From: Pavona decussata | Taxonomy: Eukaryota | Assembly: GCA_977016875.1 (NCBI GenBank) | Contig: CDRNST010000004.1 | Span: 682,001-746,000 of the forward strand | Reading direction: 5' to 3' | DNA: 64,000 nt | In this document: positions 58,605-64,000 of the stretch, piece after piece | How the letters are laid out: every line of letters begins with the position of its first letter | How positions within the stretch are numbered: position 1 is the stretch's first letter | Notes under the pieces: model-generated | Told to the model about the DNA's origin: nothing | Databases searched by the model: none | The model's input: only the letters and a program-made list of their open reading frames with translations | Translations under genes and position numbers: made by a program

Positions 58605-61026
58605 TATTATTAAATTACTGATTCGCGCACTTTTACCTCTTCCATTATTGCCTTACTGATTCGCGCTCTTTCATCTGTTCCATTATCACATTACTGACTC
58701 GCACACTTTTATCCCTTCCATTATTAAGTTACTGATTCCCGCTCTTTTATCTGTTCCTTATTACATTAATGATTCGCACACGTTTACCTGTGCCATTACT
58801 ACGTTACTGATTCACACGCTGATATCTGTTCCATTATTTCGTTACTGATTCGCGCGCTTTTATCTGTTCCATTATTACGTTACTGATTCGCGCACTTTTA
58901 TCTGTTCTATCACAACGTTATTGATTCGCGCACTTATATCTGTTCCACTGTTGCTTTATTGATTGGTGCACTTTTATCTGTCCCATTATTACGTCACTGA
59001 TTCGCGCACTTTTATCTTTTAAATTATTACGTCGCTGATTTACGCAATTTTTTCTGTTCCATTATTGCGTTATTGATTCGCGCAATTATATCTGTTCCAG
59101 GATCACTTTATTGATTTACTGAATTTTATCTGCGCAATATTACGTTACTGATTCGCGCACTTTTATCTGTTCCATTATTACGTTAATGATTCGCGCACTG
59201 TTACCTGTCCCATAAAATAACGTTACTGAATCACGAACTTTCATCTACTCCATTATTACATTACTGATTCGCACACTTTTATCCGTTCCATTATTACGTT
59301 ACTGATTCCCGCTCTTTTACCTGTTCCTTATTACATCAATGATTCGCGCACGTTTACCTGTGCCATTATTACGTTACTGAATCACGCACTTTTATCTGTT
59401 CCATCATTACGTTACTGATTCGTGCACTGATATCTGTTCCATCATTACGTTACTGAATCACGCACTTTTATCTGTTCCTTATTACATTAATGATTCGCGC
59501 ACGTTAACCTGTGCCATTATTACGTTACTGAATCACGCACTTTTATCTGTTCCATCATTACGTTACTGATTCACGCACTGATATCTGTTCCATTATTACG
59601 TTACTGAATCACGCACTTTTATCTGTTCCATCATTACGTTACTGAATCACGCACTTTTATCTGTTTCATTATTACGTTACTGATTCGCGCACTGATATCT
59701 GTTCCATTATTACGTTACTGAATCACGCACTTTTATCTGTTCCATCATTACGTTACTGAATCACGCACTTTTATCTGTTTCATTATTTCGTTACTGATCT
59801 GCGCGCTTTCATCTGTTCCATTATTACGTCACTGATTCCCGCACTTTTAGGGAGCTTACGAATCGACGACTTTCGGACGACAGCGCCGTTGAATCACCTT
59901 ATAGTCCGGCGTCGTCGTCCTTTAGAAATTTGAATTTACGATTTGCAGTAAAGACGACGACGTTTATGCGCGACCGGCAAATTTTTTCCGCCGTTTCTGA
60001 AGTTTGTTTTTATCTTTTAGCAAGGCGAGTTGTTTAAAGCAAAATGCCTAACTTCAGGGAAACGAGAGCTTGTATCGCATACGCTTATGGGAGCAACTTT
60101 ATAAACGAACAAGAATTTGTTTTTTTGTACGACTGTCACAAATCAACAAATCCAGAGTTTCCGAACTGGAACTACGACAGGTTCGATTTAGACGAGAAAT
60201 CAAACGACGAATGCAAGGCCGAGTTTCGTTTCTACAGGGAGGACATTTATAAACTTGCTGAACAGCTACAGCTACCTGACGAAATAACCACTTAGTCCTT
60301 TCAAATTCATTGTAGAAAATGTCTTATACTTCAGTGAAGCGTGATTGAAATGAAAAATTTTTCATACAGCAACTTACTTTTCATTAATTCACACCGTGTC
60401 GTGCTTTGAACGCTTTCAGTGTTGGTTGAACTCATAGCGTTCGCCATGGCACTGTAGAAGGTCGTTTCATGAACGAAAACAGACAAAAAAATTAAAATTA
60501 AACGTTAAGGACATGCCCCTAAAGTGATACTTAAATTATCTGGCAAATATACCCGCAGTATCGAGAGAAAACTTTGAAAACTATTCTCACGTCCTCCTAT
60601 TTCCAAGACGCCGGCAAATCGCTCTCACCAACGTCGTCGACTTTGGCGCGAAGCTCGCAAGCGCACAGAAAGGCATGCGCAGTGAGCATGTCACGCAATC
60701 TAACGGCGGCGTCGTGCAAAAGTCGTCGATTAGGAAGCTCCCTTTTATCTTGTAAATTATTACGTCGCTGATTTACGCAATTTTTTCTGTTCCATTACTG
60801 CGTTATTGATTCGCGCACTTATATCTCTTCCACTATCACTTTATTGATTCACTCAATCTGCGCAATATTACGTTACTGATTCGCGCACTTTTTTCTGTTC
60901 CGTTTTTACATTATTGATTCGCGGACTTACATCTGTTCCACTATTTCTTTACTGGTTCGCGTACTTTTATCTGTGCCATTATTACGTCATTGATTCGCCC
61001 ACTTTTATCTTTTAAATTATAACGTC
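58605..61026. repeat. 38-bp satellite array interrupted by a DNA transposon
   Basis: Consensus TTACTGATTCGCGCACTTTTATCTGTTCCATTATTACG, head-to-tail with no spacers; roughly 33 units left and 7 right of the insertion. Confidence 0.95.
59849..60743 (+). mobile_element. internally deleted PIF/Harbinger-like DNA transposon retaining the transposase N-terminus (60044-60295)
   Basis: TIR AGGGAGCTTACGAATCGACGACTTT / AAAGTCGTCGATTAGGAAGCTCCCT; TTT duplication; ORF with EFVFLYD...YDRFDLDE..DECKAEFRF..EDIYKLAEQLQLPD, resembling N-termini of Harbinger-group DDE transposases. Confidence 0.8.
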
Positions 61027-61646
61027 GATCCCGACAAACGGCCAATGACCAGAAAGTCAAAATTAATCAGTCATGCTTGACAGTTTTGCATACAAGAAAA
61101 AAGCGTTACACTGGCTACATTAGGATAAAGAAGAAGGGTTAACTACAGCACACTGTACATTTGCAATCCTGTGATTTCACCCATTCATCAATCAACTTCT
61201 TGGCGTCGGGTCTTCCAATCGTTTGTTACAAAGCTTTTCAATGCTACATGTAGGTGAACAACTAGAGAGCGCAGCTTCTGCAGGTTTTGGGAGTGACTGA
61301 TAGTGCAGTATTTTTTCCACGCCATATCTTATCTCTCCAGCAAGATCTTCTCTCATCTGTAATTCTCTTGGAGGGTTTAGTTTGACAACCAAGTCTCCCC
61401 AAACCTTAGAAGACTAGTGATAATTTTTTTTCTGATGCAGTCATCTGGGACCAATGGTGGGTGCGCTGAGTCTGTACGTAATGAATTAATACAAGGTTTG
61501 GATACGTTTGAATATCTCTCTTTAGAAATGCCTTCCTAATAGCCCCTTGTATATGATGAGTGCTTAGTGTCCGAGGCTTTAGATGGAAACGAGTGTGAAG
61601 TTGACTTATGTTTTGATGCAAACCTCATTGCTTTTCATATGTAGAT

Positions 61647-62262
61647 ACCCGGGAGGGGCAGCACTCTCTGTATTAGCTATAGAGGTATGTGCGGCGCCAA
61701 AGGGTAAGGATTTTGAGCCATTTTTGTCTGTAACAGGGTATAGAATGAAACCATTTTGGGGTGAATATCTGAAAACGGGTGTCAGTGGGTTTTACAGAAA
61801 AGGGTATGAATTCTAGAAACCAGGTCTGGAAATGGATTTTAAAGGTCTGCCTCGATTGTGTAAAGCATCTTAAGATAACTGGGAGTTTTCCCGCAGTCGT
61901 TCCCTGCGCTCTTTGCTTTTCTCCTCCTCAGTGAACCGTCTTCAGCCGAGTAGTCCAGAAAATCCTTCGCGGCCCACAGAAAGATTGAAGAAAACTCCTG
62001 CTTATCTTAAGACGCTTTATGAAACCAGGCCCTGGACCTGGTAGTTTAAAGAGTGAAGACCTTCACCCAGCGGATAAAATGTGCTCTAACTAATTAACCA
62101 TTTTATCCGCTGGATAGCATTTTATCATCTGGATAATGTTCTTAACTCTTTGAGCAGGTAGGGCCAGGTCTGAAAAAGATCCCAGTACAAAACAGATATT
62201 TTTTGGTCTAAAATAGGGTGAGGGTTTAGAGAACCGAGCCGCACACCCCCACCAAAAACTGC
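61647..62262. mobile_element. CCCGGG-terminal repeat containing two nested Harbinger-type MITEs (~61844-62035 and ~62035-62166)
   Basis: The host's GGTCTG(A)AAA..GGGT motif runs on both sides of the nest. The first insert matches 2200-2423; the second has internal CAGCGGATAAAATG/CATTTTATCCGCTG inverted repeats. Confidence 0.55.
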
Positions 62263-62455
62263 TATTTAGCATGATAACGGCATAATTTTCATATCAAAAG
62301 CACCCCTTTTTGAAATATTGCCCCCTTCTGGGATTTATTTACCACTTGGGAATCATGCATCATTGGCAAATTGTCCTTCCTTCCTCTGAGGATAATACGA
62401 GATACCAAGTGGCAAGGCTCAGAAATTATTGAAATTTAATCATAAAAGAATTTAA

Positions 62456-62962
62456 CCCAGACCGGGCCGGGGTGGGGGAGTTTGGATAGGGGAGTGGATT
62501 CTGCCCACGGCGATTTTGAACCTGAAAGATTTTTAATAATTAACGCTAAGTTAATGAATTTTTCACAAATTTATCTGGGAATAATTTGATATGGTTGGTA
62601 AGTGTTGGTTGACTTAATGTTACCATGGGAACAAATTTTTGACGGGGCGTTTTTTTCGGAAAATAAAAAATCGTATTTTTTAGTGAAGAAAAATTACTTC
62701 TCTTACTGTAACCTATTTTATAGCACATGTTAGTGTTCTTGTAATGATTTTAATTTTTTTCCACTCAATTTTGAAATTTTGAAGCTTTGGTTAAATATAA
62801 GATGGCGGATCGATCCATTTACCACGTAATAAGACTGATCACTTCTCGCTTGTGGCATTGTCATAAACTTAATAGTCGCGGAGTTATGGAGGAGGGGTGG
62901 AGGGGGGGAGGGCAGAATCACCCCTGGCCCCAAAAGACGAAAAATACCCGGTCTAGATAAGG
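62456..62962. mobile_element. piggyBac-like MITE
   Basis: TTAA|CCC...GG|TTAA with AGACCGGG/CCCGGTCT subterminal inverted motif. Confidence 0.55.
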
Positions 62963-63191
62963 TTAATGTTTTGCTTATTTTAAAGATTCCTTTCTTCGCA
63001 TACCAAAACTCAGTGAAATTGGTCACACGCTATGCACCGCCTTCACTCTCCAACAAATACCCGCTGATTCAGGAGTATGCTCCAGTAAGCAAAAATTTAG
63101 CTGTGAGGTAAATTCCGTCGACGTAAAAAACAAAGGCTCTGATCCATTGTTGTCGTCGCGAAAATGATTTGTATCGAGTCTTCTTACTTAT

Positions 63192-63385
63192 CAGCTTCCA
63201 GTTGGCTTGATAGCTCAGTTGGTAGAGCACTCCACCGGCATCGCAGAGGAATCCCGTTCAAGCCTGAATTTTTTTTCAGGCTTTCTTTTCGCAACCGCTT
63301 AAGTTGCATACTAACTGCGAGGAACTTTCTTCTATTTAATCTTTCCTCCTCAGTTCAAAATATATGTTTCATATATTCGTGTTCA
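63192..63385 (+). mobile_element. tRNA-derived SINE (family A)
   Basis: GGCTTGATAGCTCAGTTGGTAGAGCAC head with partly deleted B-box; body shared with three other copies in the window. Confidence 0.8.
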
Positions 63386-63481
63386 CTTCTTACTTATAAC
63401 AATTTTTAATTGCAGCGGACAAACGTGGAAAAACGTCGCTTAAGAGGGGGCGGGGGGAGGGTTAGGCCGTCCATTAGAATA

Positions 63482-63671
63482 CAGTCATCTCTCTCCTTGC
63501 GGACAGCTTGCTATTACCGACATCCCGATAACGTGGGCAGCAGCTAAATCCCCGGAAAAAAAATTACAAACGTTTGAATGAAATGAATTCCCGCTACTAC
63601 GGATTCTCACTGCAGTATTTAAGGACACCAACTCACGGTCCCGAGGGTTCCGCAATAAAGGGAATAGATTG
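63482..63671. mobile_element. old Tc1/mariner (pogo-like) MITE
   Basis: TA|CAGTC...GATTG|TA with CTTGCGGAC / TTCCGCAAT subterminal symmetry. Confidence 0.5.
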
Positions 63672-64000
63672 TATTTTAAAAACAAACCGGTCAATACCCT
63701 CTCCCCCCCCCCCCCCCAACCTACCAACGGGGACAAACAAGTAGTTCAAATGCTCCGCGGTAAAGTTAAAAAAAAAAATGTTGATTTCTTCGTTTCTAGA
63801 CTGACCTTCATTTTTATGAAAGTCAATTCAGGCGAAAGTCTGAGATAAATCTAAATTCACATTATCGCATTAAGGTTTGTTCATGTTCCTTTGTATCTAC
63901 CATCTCATTTTTGTTCCCTTTTGGAAGTAACTCATCACATTTTCACTGTAAGGAAATGACACTGATTGAATGTAAAACATCACAAGGTTGTCAACCGCCC

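Noticed and set aside
58605-61026. CRISPR-like array of ~38-bp repeats
   Set aside because: Units are contiguous with no unique spacers, no cas genes are present, and the context is eukaryotic.
63204-63266. tRNA genes (also ~48196, ~26776, ~51360-51432, ~2490)
   Set aside because: The tRNA-like heads lack a complete cloverleaf and continue into shared SINE bodies.

Overview
Intron-rich, AT-rich eukaryotic DNA. The repeat content (tRNA-headed SINEs, hairpin MITEs, Penelope-type hammerhead relics) suggests an anthozoan, probably a stony coral; this is inference, not verified. I assembled genes by hand from splice sites and reading-frame continuity. (1) The 3' end of a + strand gene encodes an acidic, S/T/P-rich disordered protein, possibly ELYS/AHCTF1-like (14-3527). 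(2) A complete 26-exon, 668-aa Xaa-Pro aminopeptidase gene lies on the - strand (39402->4004); it has a signal peptide, intact metal ligands and no GPI tail. (3) Two tandemly duplicated orphan class-A GPCR genes with uninterrupted CDSs are nested on the SAME strand inside the peptidase's 14.8-kb intron 22. (4) A divergently transcribed GABA-A/glycine-type Cys-loop anion channel subunit spans 44957-52615. The last ~10 kb is a transposon graveyard: a DIRS-like relic, a LINE inserted into a Ulp1-protease relic, a Harbinger derivative inside a 38-bp satellite, and nested MITEs. The most notable points are the nested same-strand GPCR pair with diverging motifs, the apparently secreted non-GPI aminopeptidase P, and a perfect 55-bp intronic hairpin next to a splice acceptor. 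No database searches were run; family comparisons rest on recalled motifs.
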